Origin: Candidatus Micrarchaeia archaeon
GTDB taxonomy: Archaea; Micrarchaeota; Micrarchaeia; CABMEP01
Assembly (NCBI GenBank): GCA_038881595.1
Contig: JAVZPM010000001.1
Span: 19,562 to 83,561, forward strand
Reading direction: 5' to 3'
Length of the DNA: 64,000 bases
The notes beneath the pieces are model-generated. The model was not told where the DNA came from. It saw only the letters and a program-made list of their open reading frames with translations, and did not search any database. The translations under genes were made by a program, and so were the position numbers. Positions 29,168-39,110 of this stretch are shown in pieces. The number at the start of each line of letters is the position of its first letter. Positions within the stretch are counted from its first letter, which is position 1.

Positions 29168-30124
29168 TTACCACCAGGCCTTCAAAGGTTTATATTCAGA
29201 AATGTCTAAAAGGTCTTTCTCTATCTTATATAGCTCTAGTCTAATTAATTCACGTATTGAAAATAATCTATTGCTTTTACCTTTAACCGATTTCTTAATT
29301 TCATCATCGAATTCCTTAATTATTTTTTTAATACCGATTTTGCTTAAAAATACACCATCATTCGACTCGAAATCTAAAATAGGATCTAACATTTTCAAGT
29401 TAACCATCTTTATTAGAAGTCTTTCTGAAAGTAAAGGTTTGAATATTTCACTCACATCTAACGATAGTGAAAAACGCCTTTCAAAAGGTTCATGTAAAAA
29501 AGATATAGCTGGATTTAGATGTGTATGATATACTTCAGATAAAACTGTTGAATAGACTATAGAATTAAGAAAACTTATGATTGCATTTCCTCTATTTGAA
29601 GGTGGGTTTATTTCTCTTCTGGTTATTTTAAATGAATCATCTAGTCTTTCATCAATTAATGAGTAAAACTTCTTTCTTACTAATCCTTCTTTTTGCATTA
29701 ATGATTCTATAGTATCTGAAGACGATATATCTGGTTTATTTATTTCACCTAAATTAAATCTCCTACAAATCCAATCAATATTATTAATAGCACCTTCCAC
29801 AAATTTAGAAGCAAACTTTAATCTACTTTTGTCATCAAGATATCTTTTAACCTGTCTTACTACTAGATCACCAGAGATATAATGTTCTTTTGGGTAGAAA
29901 GAACCAATATAATCTCCTCTTTTTCCAAAGAAATTAACTATTATTTTCCTTTTTTGAAATTCTTTTAGAACTTTTGTAGAAATAGAACCTGAACCAATAA
30001 AATAAAGAGAGTATATATTTTCAATTGGTATATCAACTTTTCTTTCTTTATTAATAAAATAAACTGTTGTATTTTTCATCAAAATTTTCCCATCATCAAC
30101 AATGTAATAATTATCCAAACTCAT
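29168..30124 (-). CDS. cas1: CRISPR-associated integrase Cas1
   Basis: MSLDNYYIVDDGKILMK ... FFGKRGDYIGSFYPKEHYISG matches the Cas1 N-terminal region. Start placed at the internal Met, since the ORF-track start at 30226 overlaps cas4. Confidence 0.9.
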   Translation of the reverse strand: MSLDNYYIVDDGKILMKNTTVYFINKERKVDIPIENIYSLYFIGSGSISTKVLKEFQKRKIIVNFFGKRGDYIGSFYPKEHYISGDLVVRQVKRYLDDKSRLKFASKFVEGAINNIDWICRRFNLGEINKPDISSSDTIESLMQKEGLVRKKFYSLIDERLDDSFKITRREINPPSNRGNAIISFLNSIVYSTVLSEVYHTHLNPAISFLHEPFERRFSLSLDVSEIFKPLLSERLLIKMVNLKMLDPILDFESNDGVFLSKIGIKKIIKEFDDEIKKSVKGKSNRLFSIRELIRLELYKIEKDLLDISEYKPLKAWW

Positions 30125-30659
30125 AAGCGTCACCCCAACAGAATAATCTATAACCGCACTTTTTGCAAGTAGGTATTTTGACTGGTTTTGGTGGAAACTT
30201 AGACTTTTTAATTTGGTGGATTTCATTTATAGTCGAATCTATATCATTAAAGTCTTCACTTGAAAGAGAAACAAAAATACGTTTTCCTGGTGAGATCAAG
30301 ATACCTTGAACTTCTGTATCTGTTTGCTTCTTTAAGGAATAAAGATAAAATTTTAATTGTTTTATGTGTGAATCTTTAATAGCGCTTTTTTTATATTCGT
30401 ATATCACATATCTATTATTTAACTTGACTACATCAAATTTAGACCTAAATAGAGGCCTTTCTTTCCTCTCTGATTTATACTTGATTTCATGAACTAATCT
30501 CCCAATCTTTACATTTTCATCTTCATCTGACTTTATTAATGAGTGAGAAAGATACCATAGTTGTGTTTTACAAACGAAAAAATAATTAAATTCAGTTCCA
30601 CTTACATCATCGTATTTAATTTCACCTTTCATCATACTATCATTTATCAGAATTTTCAT
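30111..30659 (-). CDS. cas4: CRISPR-associated exonuclease Cas4 (RecB-like nuclease with Fe-S Cys cluster)
   Basis: N-terminal Cys (FFVCKTQLWY), RecB-nuclease core, C-terminal CKKCGYRLFCW cluster. Confidence 0.85.
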   Translation of the reverse strand: MKILINDSMMKGEIKYDDVSGTEFNYFFVCKTQLWYLSHSLIKSDEDENVKIGRLVHEIKYKSERKERPLFRSKFDVVKLNNRYVIYEYKKSAIKDSHIKQLKFYLYSLKKQTDTEVQGILISPGKRIFVSLSSEDFNDIDSTINEIHQIKKSKFPPKPVKIPTCKKCGYRLFCWGDAYEFG

Positions 30660-33066
30660 GTTGAGGATAAAAATTCTCTTTATATTTCTCTATATAAATA
30701 GTATCTATCTTAGAATCCAAATAAGTTAGAATAAATCTACCTTGATATTCTCTTAATAATTGAAGATACTTCCTTATATATTCTGAATAATCATTCTCTT
30801 TCGATAATTTTATATAATTTTTAAGCTTATCCTCTATGTCTTTCTTTTTATTTGATTCATCTTCTACAAAAACTTCTACTTTACCTAAAGAGTATCTAAA
30901 GCCTTGAGGCAAGATTGAACTTAACGATGATACAGACCAAATGGTATAAGCAACAAGATTATTAACAAAATCTATATAGTCTTTACTTTGAGAATATTCA
31001 AATTTTGATGTATCGATTTCTTTTTTTATAAATTCTTCACTGAATTCACTCTTTTTAATCAAATTTCCTTTATTTTCTCTTAATAATTCGATTACTTTAT
31101 TAATTTCTTCTCTATCATACGGACCATAAAAATTTATATTGCTTTTATTTTTTTTATTGTTTTCACTATTTTCACTTTCTTCTTTTCCACCGCTTTCACC
31201 AACTTTATCACTGGGTGGTAGCAATATTATAAATTCTGCATTACGGCTTTTTCCATCTCTATTAACTCTCCCTGCCGATTGAACTAAAGAAGGAATTGGT
31301 GAAATCAATCTTATTATACAGTCAAAAGAAATATCAACGCCTGCTTCTAATACTTGCGTTGAAATGGCTATTAACTTCTTACTCTTGTTTATTTTATCTA
31401 ATTCCTTTTGTTTATGCTCATTAATTAATGAACTATGTATTAACGCTATTTCATAATTTTCTTTAATAACATCTTTAGCATTCTTTTTTTCTAGTAATCT
31501 ATATAAGTCAACAGCGTTTTTTATTGTATTGACAATTATACAAATTCTAGAATTTTCTTCATTTTTTGATTCATTTACTTTCTGTTTTATTATATCTACA
31601 ATTTGAGAATTTTTATCAATCTCACTTATTAAAACATTTGCGTCGCGTTTTTTATGAAAAGACCACCAATATTTATCGTACAAAAGTTTAAATGGAATAC
31701 CATCAATAGCTATATAATCTTTAAATTCAGAAACTGAAATTTCAAAAGGAGGTGTAGCAGTAGTTATTGCCAATTTACAAGTATATTCACCATTTATATC
31801 TTTTATATTTGCTATTTCACTTATTAATTTATACATTAAATTCCTCATGTCCATTCCATAAGCCTGTATTTCATCAAAAACGATTACTGAATTCATTAAC
31901 ATACCATATCTTATAGGATATCTCTCTAAATTTAAGAATGACATCAGTATTTGATCTGCTGTAGTTATTATTATTGGTTTCTCCATAAAATACTTTCTCG
32001 CATTTAGATAGAAATTAAATTTTTCAATATCACTTAGTTCACTTGCATAATCAATTGTTTTATCAGTTATCCAATTTGAATCCCATTTATCAACGTTTTC
32101 GTCTCCGAAATAAAAAGTAAAACGATTATACAAGTCGTTTATTAAATTTCGATAAGGTAATACATATATTATTTTTCTTGCGTTCAATTTTTTGGCATTA
32201 CTCAATGCCCATTTTAAAGATAATTCAGTCTTGCCTATTCCAGTTGGTGCGCATATAAAAATTCTATCATCATCTATATTTTTAATTAATAGATCTTCGA
32301 TTTTATTTCTAATACTTTCAGCTTCTAAATCCTTATCTACTCTTTCTTCCTTTCTTTCTTTAAATTTCTTTTTGAAAGAAGATTCAATCTTATTCCAATC
32401 TGGTAGAATTTCCTTATTGCTATCGGAAGTAGAATACCAATCTAATTCCACGAAAATAGAATAAAGTGAAGCAAATTTCTTTTTGACCTCAGGTGAAACC
32501 ATTTTAAATTTATTATATATTCGTTTTAAAATCTCTTTTAATTTTTCATTATAAAGGCGATTATAATCTGAACCATTTGAATTTAAATAGTAATATATAA
32601 ATTTTTCTTCATCGAAATATTTTCCATAATTAGGATCTAAACTTTGAAGTATTTGCTTAACTCTTATTAGCTCATCTTTTTCTATTATATTGATATTATT
32701 TTTTTGAATGGAAAAATGAACCAAATCATTTTGTAACATATCAAAAGATATTGGTCCATGATGGTAATAAACTAACATTAGATAAATATCTATATCCTCC
32801 TCATTAATTGATCTTTGATTCGTTATATTGTATTCTTTTATAATGTATTCAATAATTGGCAGAGAAGCTAAAGGATGTCTAAATCTAAAGTTCTCATTTT
32901 TTTCTAATTTCTTCTGAAATTTATCTGAAACTTTACCGATATCATGCAATAAAAAAACCAGCGCTTCTAATTCTGAAATATTTTTTGGAATTTTATTCTT
33001 TATTTCCCTCAAATGATCTATAAGCTTTTGATTAGGCCTAGCTAATAATTGATCATGCTGCATCAA
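30640..33066 (-). CDS. cas3: Cas3 HD-nuclease/helicase fusion
   Basis: HD domain (LLHDIGK) at the N-terminus, helicase Walker A ICAPTGIGKTE, DExD-like VFDEIQ, motif VI QSAGRVNR. 808 aa. Confidence 0.9.
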   Translation of the reverse strand: MMQHDQLLARPNQKLIDHLREIKNKIPKNISELEALVFLLHDIGKVSDKFQKKLEKNENFRFRHPLASLPIIEYIIKEYNITNQRSINEEDIDIYLMLVYYHHGPISFDMLQNDLVHFSIQKNNINIIEKDELIRVKQILQSLDPNYGKYFDEEKFIYYYLNSNGSDYNRLYNEKLKEILKRIYNKFKMVSPEVKKKFASLYSIFVELDWYSTSDSNKEILPDWNKIESSFKKKFKERKEERVDKDLEAESIRNKIEDLLIKNIDDDRIFICAPTGIGKTELSLKWALSNAKKLNARKIIYVLPYRNLINDLYNRFTFYFGDENVDKWDSNWITDKTIDYASELSDIEKFNFYLNARKYFMEKPIIITTADQILMSFLNLERYPIRYGMLMNSVIVFDEIQAYGMDMRNLMYKLISEIANIKDINGEYTCKLAITTATPPFEISVSEFKDYIAIDGIPFKLLYDKYWWSFHKKRDANVLISEIDKNSQIVDIIKQKVNESKNEENSRICIIVNTIKNAVDLYRLLEKKNAKDVIKENYEIALIHSSLINEHKQKELDKINKSKKLIAISTQVLEAGVDISFDCIIRLISPIPSLVQSAGRVNRDGKSRNAEFIILLPPSDKVGESGGKEESENSENNKKNKSNINFYGPYDREEINKVIELLRENKGNLIKKSEFSEEFIKKEIDTSKFEYSQSKDYIDFVNNLVAYTIWSVSSLSSILPQGFRYSLGKVEVFVEDESNKKKDIEDKLKNYIKLSKENDYSEYIRKYLQLLREYQGRFILTYLDSKIDTIYIEKYKENFYPQHENSDK

Positions 33067-33890
33067 ATCACCAAGAATTGATTAATATTTCCATTCAACT
33101 TTATTTCAAAAACAGGAATATTATTATTTAATCTAAATTCCATTTTTCTTAATGGAACCAAAACTTCTTTTTCTTTCATTGTATCTTCAACTTTTTCTAT
33201 ATTTTGAGGGGTACTAATAAGTATAGAAGATCTTAAAAATTCGCTAAGTTTGTCTCTATCGATACTTGATAAATCAACAACATCAAGAGGTAAAATGAAG
33301 TCAGTCTCAATATCTTGCCTATTACTAAAATTAATTTGATTGCTATTTATTTCTTCAGATAAATTAATAGTAGCCGGACATTCATTATAGCCTAAATAAA
33401 CTTTAAAAATTTCGCTATTTATGATTATTTCTTTATTTTTTTCTCCTAATATTGGATCATCTTTAGGTAGAAAATATATAATCTCATATGATGGATTTAC
33501 AATATACTCTATAGTAGTTGGTTTACGTTCTCTCTCTTTTGACATATAATTTACATAATCCATATATTTTACTATTCCTCTTTTTAGTGAAATTGCTATG
33601 AATGTATTGTCAAATAATTCTCTTAATTTTTTACTTTTGAATAGTAATATATTTTTATCAATTCTTTTGTATAAACCAACTTTAGCAAGTAACATGCCTA
33701 TGGCAGTTGATTTTGGAGGTAAAATAAAAGTTAATCTACTTGAAACTGTAGTTGGCTGCCTAAAATGGGCAAGCCAACCTTCAACACTTAATCTATAAAA
33801 CCAAAATTTAGAAAGATCTAAATTTTGCATTATAACACCTTTTAATTTTTGCTGTAAACTATTTCCTCTGCTATCTCTTTTATTTTCCAT
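33063..33890 (-). CDS. cas5: Cas5 (type I-B)
   Basis: HFRQPTTVSSRLTFILPPKSTAIGMLLAKVG matches the Cas5 N-terminal signature. The start may be the internal Met at 33830. Confidence 0.75.
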   Translation of the reverse strand: MENKRDSRGNSLQQKLKGVIMQNLDLSKFWFYRLSVEGWLAHFRQPTTVSSRLTFILPPKSTAIGMLLAKVGLYKRIDKNILLFKSKKLRELFDNTFIAISLKRGIVKYMDYVNYMSKERERKPTTIEYIVNPSYEIIYFLPKDDPILGEKNKEIIINSEIFKVYLGYNECPATINLSEEINSNQINFSNRQDIETDFILPLDVVDLSSIDRDKLSEFLRSSILISTPQNIEKVEDTMKEKEVLVPLRKMEFRLNNNIPVFEIKLNGNINQFLVI

Positions 33891-34822
33891 TTTTGTCCTA
33901 ATTTACTTAATTTCTCTTCAGTTTCATCAAAGAATAGTTTATCTGCATAGTAATAAGTTTTATTTGATTTGAATGTTGGAATTTCTGCAAACTTTAATTT
34001 ATCATCTGCTACATTGATACACTTGAAAATCTTCTTATCTGAATCACCGTATCCAAAATCGTTTATTTCTAATAATTTAAATATGCATGTAGGTCTATCT
34101 CTTGCACCACCTGAATCTTTTTGAAGGGCATAGTCAACCGCTTCAAGGAAGTTTTCTAAACGATTTAATCTTTCTTCCTTGTTATCTCCTACGTATTCAT
34201 CGTTTGAATATAATATAAGATCAGGGTTTATATAAAATGATGCAAAATAGAATTCTTTTGAAATCGATCTGTTTATTAAAGAACCCCCTCCGCTACTTTC
34301 ATCCTTAACATTCAAAATGCAACTATTAAAGTCTATAAACTGATGAATTGGTTCTAATGAAACTGCTCCCCACGTCGTTATGGGACCAGGTCTATTTATC
34401 TTCTCCTCATACATGAAACCGAATAAGTCAACATCTATATATTTTTTAATAGCGTTTTTGATATCTTTTCTAGCATCAGCTGAATTTGATTTTGCATCTA
34501 CTGTATTCTCTGCCATTACGCAAGACAATTTCTTTTTAATCCAATAATCTCTTATCCTTCTTTTAATAGCGTAAGGACTTATATAAATGCGAGGTTCGGC
34601 TTCTTCTCCCCAAGGTATAATCTTTTGAGAGATTACATTAGTTCCTGTTGAACCACTTGCATTTTGATTTGATGGGAAAGAGTAATAAATAGCTGTTAAA
34701 GTTACTCTTTTTCCATGACTAAAACCATATTTCTCACTTATTTCCTTCATTTCTTCGCTAAACAAAACAAACTCTTTGAATTTCTTAGCTTCTTCATTTT
34801 TATCTTTATTATTTTTAGCCAT
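33842..34822 (-). CDS. cas7: Cas7 (Csh2-like backbone subunit)
   Basis: Glycine-rich loop NASGSTGTN and the RIYISPYAIKRRIRDYW motif typical of type I Cas7 (RAMP). Confidence 0.75.
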   Translation of the reverse strand: MAKNNKDKNEEAKKFKEFVLFSEEMKEISEKYGFSHGKRVTLTAIYYSFPSNQNASGSTGTNVISQKIIPWGEEAEPRIYISPYAIKRRIRDYWIKKKLSCVMAENTVDAKSNSADARKDIKNAIKKYIDVDLFGFMYEEKINRPGPITTWGAVSLEPIHQFIDFNSCILNVKDESSGGGSLINRSISKEFYFASFYINPDLILYSNDEYVGDNKEERLNRLENFLEAVDYALQKDSGGARDRPTCIFKLLEINDFGYGDSDKKIFKCINVADDKLKFAEIPTFKSNKTYYYADKLFFDETEEKLSKLGQKWKIKEIAEEIVYSKN

Positions 34823-34831
34823 AATACCACC

Positions 34832-36361
34832 TCAATTAATATTACCTTCTACTTTTTCACCTTCACTTTGAACAGACTCCTCTTTTTTTCTAGCTATGCT
34901 ACTTAGCATCCCTAAAATAAAATAAAGTCTTAGTTCTTCATCATCTGCTATTTTTTCAATATATTCATTCATATTTTGTACAATCCCTAATCCATAATTC
35001 CTAGTTATCTCTATAATTGTCCTTATAAATTCTTTTCCACTAAGCTCCATAACTGCACTAGAAGAAACAATATACTTTTCTGAACTCTCCTTATCTTCTT
35101 TATAAATATCAGATTCTTTTATTCTATAACCAAAATACATTCCCTTTTTCAATGCTTCTAATTTTGAGTTTCTATCGTTTTCACTGGAAGATTTTTTTTC
35201 TGCCATAAAATTATTTCCCATTTCATTCACCTCTAAGTATTCTTCTACAAATTTTCTAAATTCCTTTAATAAAAAAGAAGAATAGAATTTTTTATGGTTT
35301 TTCGAAAAATTAGTTCTATACATATCGATAAAAGAGATTATTAATCCTTTATTCAAATATGACGTTTGAATGAAGTCACCAAGTGAAACGAAATATGTTG
35401 GTAAATCCATCAATTCATTTAAAAATATTTTTTTGAAATTTAGAACTGAATTTTTGTTTTTTTCAAGCATCTTAACTAATTTTGGAAATATATTGAACTG
35501 AGAAATAGAAATAGGTACTGTATTCCCGGCTTGGGAACCTTCTTGGAAAAACATAATGTAAATTCTAGAAAAGTTATCATTAAGATAAACGTATTTTAAA
35601 AATCTATCAAATTGATTTTCATAGAATATGAAAGATGGAGTTATGTCTTCTTCATCTGATATTATACTATAGTAAATGTAAATAATTCTTTCTTTTTTAG
35701 ATATTCTTTTTCTTTTAGAAAAGATTTCATAATTTTTATCTGGAACTGGATAAAGATTTGATAGAATTGTATATACTAAACATCTAAAACATATAGTATA
35801 TCTTTGAAATTCAAAAGTGTAATCGCTTTTATTAGAAAGGGTTAGATTTGATAAAGAACGGTTTCTTCCTTGCATTCCACAATTGTAGCATTTTGTCTCA
35901 CAATCTGTATTCTCTTTTAATGAACCAACAAAATAAGAGAATAAAATCTTTGCTTTTCTTTCACCATGAAAAAATTTAACCAGTGATTTTAATGAGAATT
36001 TCTCTTTATTTTTACCTTTTTTTCCTTGATTCTCTATTTCTCTCATTTCACCATAGGTAATAGCTAAAATTTTAGAAATATAGTCTAAACTCAACATTTT
36101 GTTAGATGGAATGTTCTCTATAGCCACATTTGTCCTTAAAATAATATGAAATACCTTTTTCATTAGTGGAAATTCACTAGGATCCTTAAATAATTTATCC
36201 CATAATTGATTTACGATTGTTGGAATGTCGTCATTTGATTTAATTATTGCATCAGAAAAACGATATAATTCATTATCTAGCTCGCTCAAATCTGAACTTT
36301 GGATTATATTTTTTGCAACGGCCCTACCCATTGCAATTTGAAAGTTACTGTACCCCTTCAC
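34832..36361 (-). CDS. cas8b: Cas8b-like large subunit (by position and zinc finger)
   Basis: It lies between cas6 and cas7 as in type I-B operons. Zn-finger CYNCG ... CFRC. The alpha-helical C-terminal third is small-subunit-like. Sequence is divergent, so the call is positional. Confidence 0.5.
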   Translation of the reverse strand: MKGYSNFQIAMGRAVAKNIIQSSDLSELDNELYRFSDAIIKSNDDIPTIVNQLWDKLFKDPSEFPLMKKVFHIILRTNVAIENIPSNKMLSLDYISKILAITYGEMREIENQGKKGKNKEKFSLKSLVKFFHGERKAKILFSYFVGSLKENTDCETKCYNCGMQGRNRSLSNLTLSNKSDYTFEFQRYTICFRCLVYTILSNLYPVPDKNYEIFSKRKRISKKERIIYIYYSIISDEEDITPSFIFYENQFDRFLKYVYLNDNFSRIYIMFFQEGSQAGNTVPISISQFNIFPKLVKMLEKNKNSVLNFKKIFLNELMDLPTYFVSLGDFIQTSYLNKGLIISFIDMYRTNFSKNHKKFYSSFLLKEFRKFVEEYLEVNEMGNNFMAEKKSSSENDRNSKLEALKKGMYFGYRIKESDIYKEDKESSEKYIVSSSAVMELSGKEFIRTIIEITRNYGLGIVQNMNEYIEKIADDEELRLYFILGMLSSIARKKEESVQSEGEKVEGNIN

Positions 36362-37076
36362 CTAATCCACCTTTAAACCCTAACATACCAAATCCAAGTT
36401 TAGTTCTATCTCCAATTCCATAAAATAGCGCGATTGCTTTAGCCTTATCGCCATTAAATGAAATCGAAACAGAAGGAGATTTTGCTGAAAATGCTCTTAT
36501 ATATACATCTTCATTTTTTGAGTTCTTAAAAACATACAGCTTCTTCCTAAAGTCATCCCTAGTACCATTTATTTTTACATTTGTATCTTCTACATCAATA
36601 TTTAATTTAGTACTAACTCTTTTTATTCCTTCAGAGATACTTTTTTCAAAAAAATTTAGATCAATCTCATCTAAAACTTTCTCTTTTGTTCGAATTACAA
36701 AAGGAGATAAAAAGTTAAAATGTTTATATGAACTTATATCAAAATTTTCTAAAATAGTATTTACTATATTAAAATTAAACATCTTATTTCTATCATTTAA
36801 CCTTAAACTTCTATTTAAACCAGAATAGAATGCATTAAAAACTTCTTTATAAGGAGTTGTAAAATACAAAATATGATATGATTTATAGGGAATTATATTA
36901 GAAAAAACAAATGCCCGAGGTAATTTATTTGAATGTATTTTATCACTAAGATCAGGATTTTTCATTCTTATAGCATTAAGAATGAAAGAATAAATTAAGT
37001 ATCTATCATTAAAGATAATTGAATTTGAAATTGGATTCCCTTTTCTTAAATATATCTTTAATCTTGAATAAATCAT
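36345..37076 (-). CDS. cas6: Cas6 crRNA endoribonuclease
   Basis: C-terminal glycine-rich loop GIGDRTKLGFGMLGF (GhGxxxxxGhG) typical of Cas6. First gene of the operon. Confidence 0.75.
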   Translation of the reverse strand: MIYSRLKIYLRKGNPISNSIIFNDRYLIYSFILNAIRMKNPDLSDKIHSNKLPRAFVFSNIIPYKSYHILYFTTPYKEVFNAFYSGLNRSLRLNDRNKMFNFNIVNTILENFDISSYKHFNFLSPFVIRTKEKVLDEIDLNFFEKSISEGIKRVSTKLNIDVEDTNVKINGTRDDFRKKLYVFKNSKNEDVYIRAFSAKSPSVSISFNGDKAKAIALFYGIGDRTKLGFGMLGFKGGLGEGVQ

Positions 37077-37137
37077 GTTGAACTTAAAATAATGAAAGAT
37101 TATAAATCTTTTCTTAGTGGTTTTCCACTGAAAAAGT

Positions 37138-38949
37138 TCAGTGACTCAAATATTTCGGTTCTGGCTCTGGCCCTACAACTGCTTTTATTCTTCTTACTCC
37201 TGCAGAAACCGATTCTTCTTTTATTATCTTGAAATGACCGAGTTCAGCAGTATTTGAAACGTGGGGTCCAGTGCAAACCTCCATTGAAAAGTCACCGATA
37301 GTATAAACTGAAACTCTTTCACCATACTTTCCTTCAAAAAGTGCGATTGCTCCCTTTGCTTTTGCTTCCTCTAAAGTCATTTCTTCGCGAATCACTGGAA
37401 TCTTTCTTTTAATTGCCTCATTAACCAGATCCTCAACCTGCTTTATCTGCTCTGGTGTAAGTTTTTGAGGATAAGAAAAGTCAAACCTTAACCTCTCTGC
37501 TGTAATGTTGCTTCCTTTCTGTTTTACTTCTGGTCCTAAAATCTTTCTCAGTGCGGCGTGCAAAAGATGTGTTGCTGTATGAAGCTTGATTGTTTCTTCT
37601 TTGGTATCTGCAAGTCCACTCTTGAATTTTTTCTCTGTTGCCATTCTTGAAAGTTCTTGATGTCTTTGGTACTCTAACTTAAATTCCTCATCGAAACTTT
37701 GTTGGATATTGATTCCCTTCTCCTGCATCAATTCTTTTGTCATCTCTATTGGAAAGCCGTGAGACTGGAAGAGAAGGAATGCGTCAGCTCCAGTAAGCAT
37801 ACTCTTTTCAGCAATGTATTTATTGAATAACTTCATTCCAGACTCCAATGTTTCCTTGAATCTGTTCTCTTCTTTTTCTAATTCTGTGAATATAAATTGC
37901 CTATTCTTTGACAACTCTGGATAATCATCTTTATAAATTTGAATAACAACTTCTGCGAGTTCTTTACAGAAATTATCTTGAATTCCTAATAACCTTCCAT
38001 GTCTTACCATTCTTCTTATATATCTCCTTAAGATGTATCCCTGATCTACATTTGAAGGTGTAATTCCTTTTTCATCCCCTAAAATGAAAGTTGCAGCTCT
38101 GATATGATCTGCAATTACTCTAAATGATTTTATGTTTTCTTTTGATTCTTCTTTTCCGGAAATTTCCTTTAATTTATCTATAATTGGTTTGAAAACCTCT
38201 ATTTCAAATATATTTGTCTTTCCTTGTAGTATCATTGTAACTCTTTCTACACCTAAACCAGTATCTACATTCTTTTGAGAGAGTGGCTCATACTTGCCTT
38301 CTTTTGTTTTGTTATACTGCATGAATACGTCATTCCAAATCTCAACCCATCTTTTGTCGTTCGGATCAAAAACCTTTGGAGCTGGAATATCATTTGGCGT
38401 CCAGTAGAACATTTCTGTATCTGGTCCACATGGTCCTGTGTTTCCTGCAGGACCCCACCAGTTATTCTCCTTTGGAAGAAATGCGATTCTTTCCTTTGGA
38501 ACGCCTAAAGACATCCAGATATTTGCTGCTTCCTCGTCTCTAGGTGCATCACTATCTCCTGCAAAACAGGTAACTGCTAACCTGCTTTTATCAAGCCCTA
38601 GCCAATTAGATGATGTCAAAAATTCATAGCTCATCTCTATTGCTTCTTTTTTAAAATAATCCCCTAAACTCCAGTTCCCAAGCATCTCAAAAAATGTTGT
38701 ATGTATGTCATCTCCAACTTCATCTATATCTTGAGTCCTTATGCATTTCTGAACGTTTGCAAGTCTTTTTCCTAAAGGATGTGGCTGCCCCATTAAATAG
38801 GGTACTAAAGGATGCATTCCAGCGGTAGTGAAAAGAACTGTTGGATCATTTTCTGGAATCAAAGATGCTGATGGTATTATCGCATGTCCTTTCTCTTTGA
38901 AGAATTGAAGATATTTTTTCTTTAAAATTTTTGAATTTATAATGTCCAT
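37138..38949 (-). CDS. alaS: Alanyl-tRNA synthetase, bacterial-type catalytic, tRNA-recognition and editing domains; no C-Ala domain
   Basis: FFKEKGHAIIPSASLIPENDPTVLFTTAGMHPLVPYLMG ... FFEMLGNWSLGDYFK is near-identical in pattern to bacterial AlaRS motifs. The editing-domain HTATHLLH is present. The protein ends after the editing domain at 603 aa. Confidence 0.9.
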   Translation of the reverse strand: MDIINSKILKKKYLQFFKEKGHAIIPSASLIPENDPTVLFTTAGMHPLVPYLMGQPHPLGKRLANVQKCIRTQDIDEVGDDIHTTFFEMLGNWSLGDYFKKEAIEMSYEFLTSSNWLGLDKSRLAVTCFAGDSDAPRDEEAANIWMSLGVPKERIAFLPKENNWWGPAGNTGPCGPDTEMFYWTPNDIPAPKVFDPNDKRWVEIWNDVFMQYNKTKEGKYEPLSQKNVDTGLGVERVTMILQGKTNIFEIEVFKPIIDKLKEISGKEESKENIKSFRVIADHIRAATFILGDEKGITPSNVDQGYILRRYIRRMVRHGRLLGIQDNFCKELAEVVIQIYKDDYPELSKNRQFIFTELEKEENRFKETLESGMKLFNKYIAEKSMLTGADAFLLFQSHGFPIEMTKELMQEKGINIQQSFDEEFKLEYQRHQELSRMATEKKFKSGLADTKEETIKLHTATHLLHAALRKILGPEVKQKGSNITAERLRFDFSYPQKLTPEQIKQVEDLVNEAIKRKIPVIREEMTLEEAKAKGAIALFEGKYGERVSVYTIGDFSMEVCTGPHVSNTAELGHFKIIKEESVSAGVRRIKAVVGPEPEPKYLSH

Positions 38950-39024
38950 AATATAAATCAGTGGTTAAATATTAAAAAGATATTTGATTAATATAATAAC
39001 ATATTATTTTGAAAGATGTTATTT

Positions 39025-39097
39025 GGCCCTGTAGTCGAATGGTTAAGACGCCACTCTCACACAGTGGAGATTCGGAGTTCGATTCTCCGCGGGGCCA
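39025..39097 (+). tRNA. tRNA-Val (anticodon CAC)
   Basis: Folded by hand. Acceptor GGCCCTG/CGGGGCC+A, anticodon stem CCACT/AGTGG, loop CTCACAC, T-arm CGGAG-TTCGATT-CTCCG. 73 nt. Confidence 0.9.
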
Positions 39098-39110
39098 TGG
39101 AGATGATAAT

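Noticed and set aside
39009-39110. N-terminal 34 codons of ORF 39009-39458
   Set aside because: They read through the tRNA-Val(CAC) gene, so the ORF was trimmed to the first ATG after the tRNA (39111).
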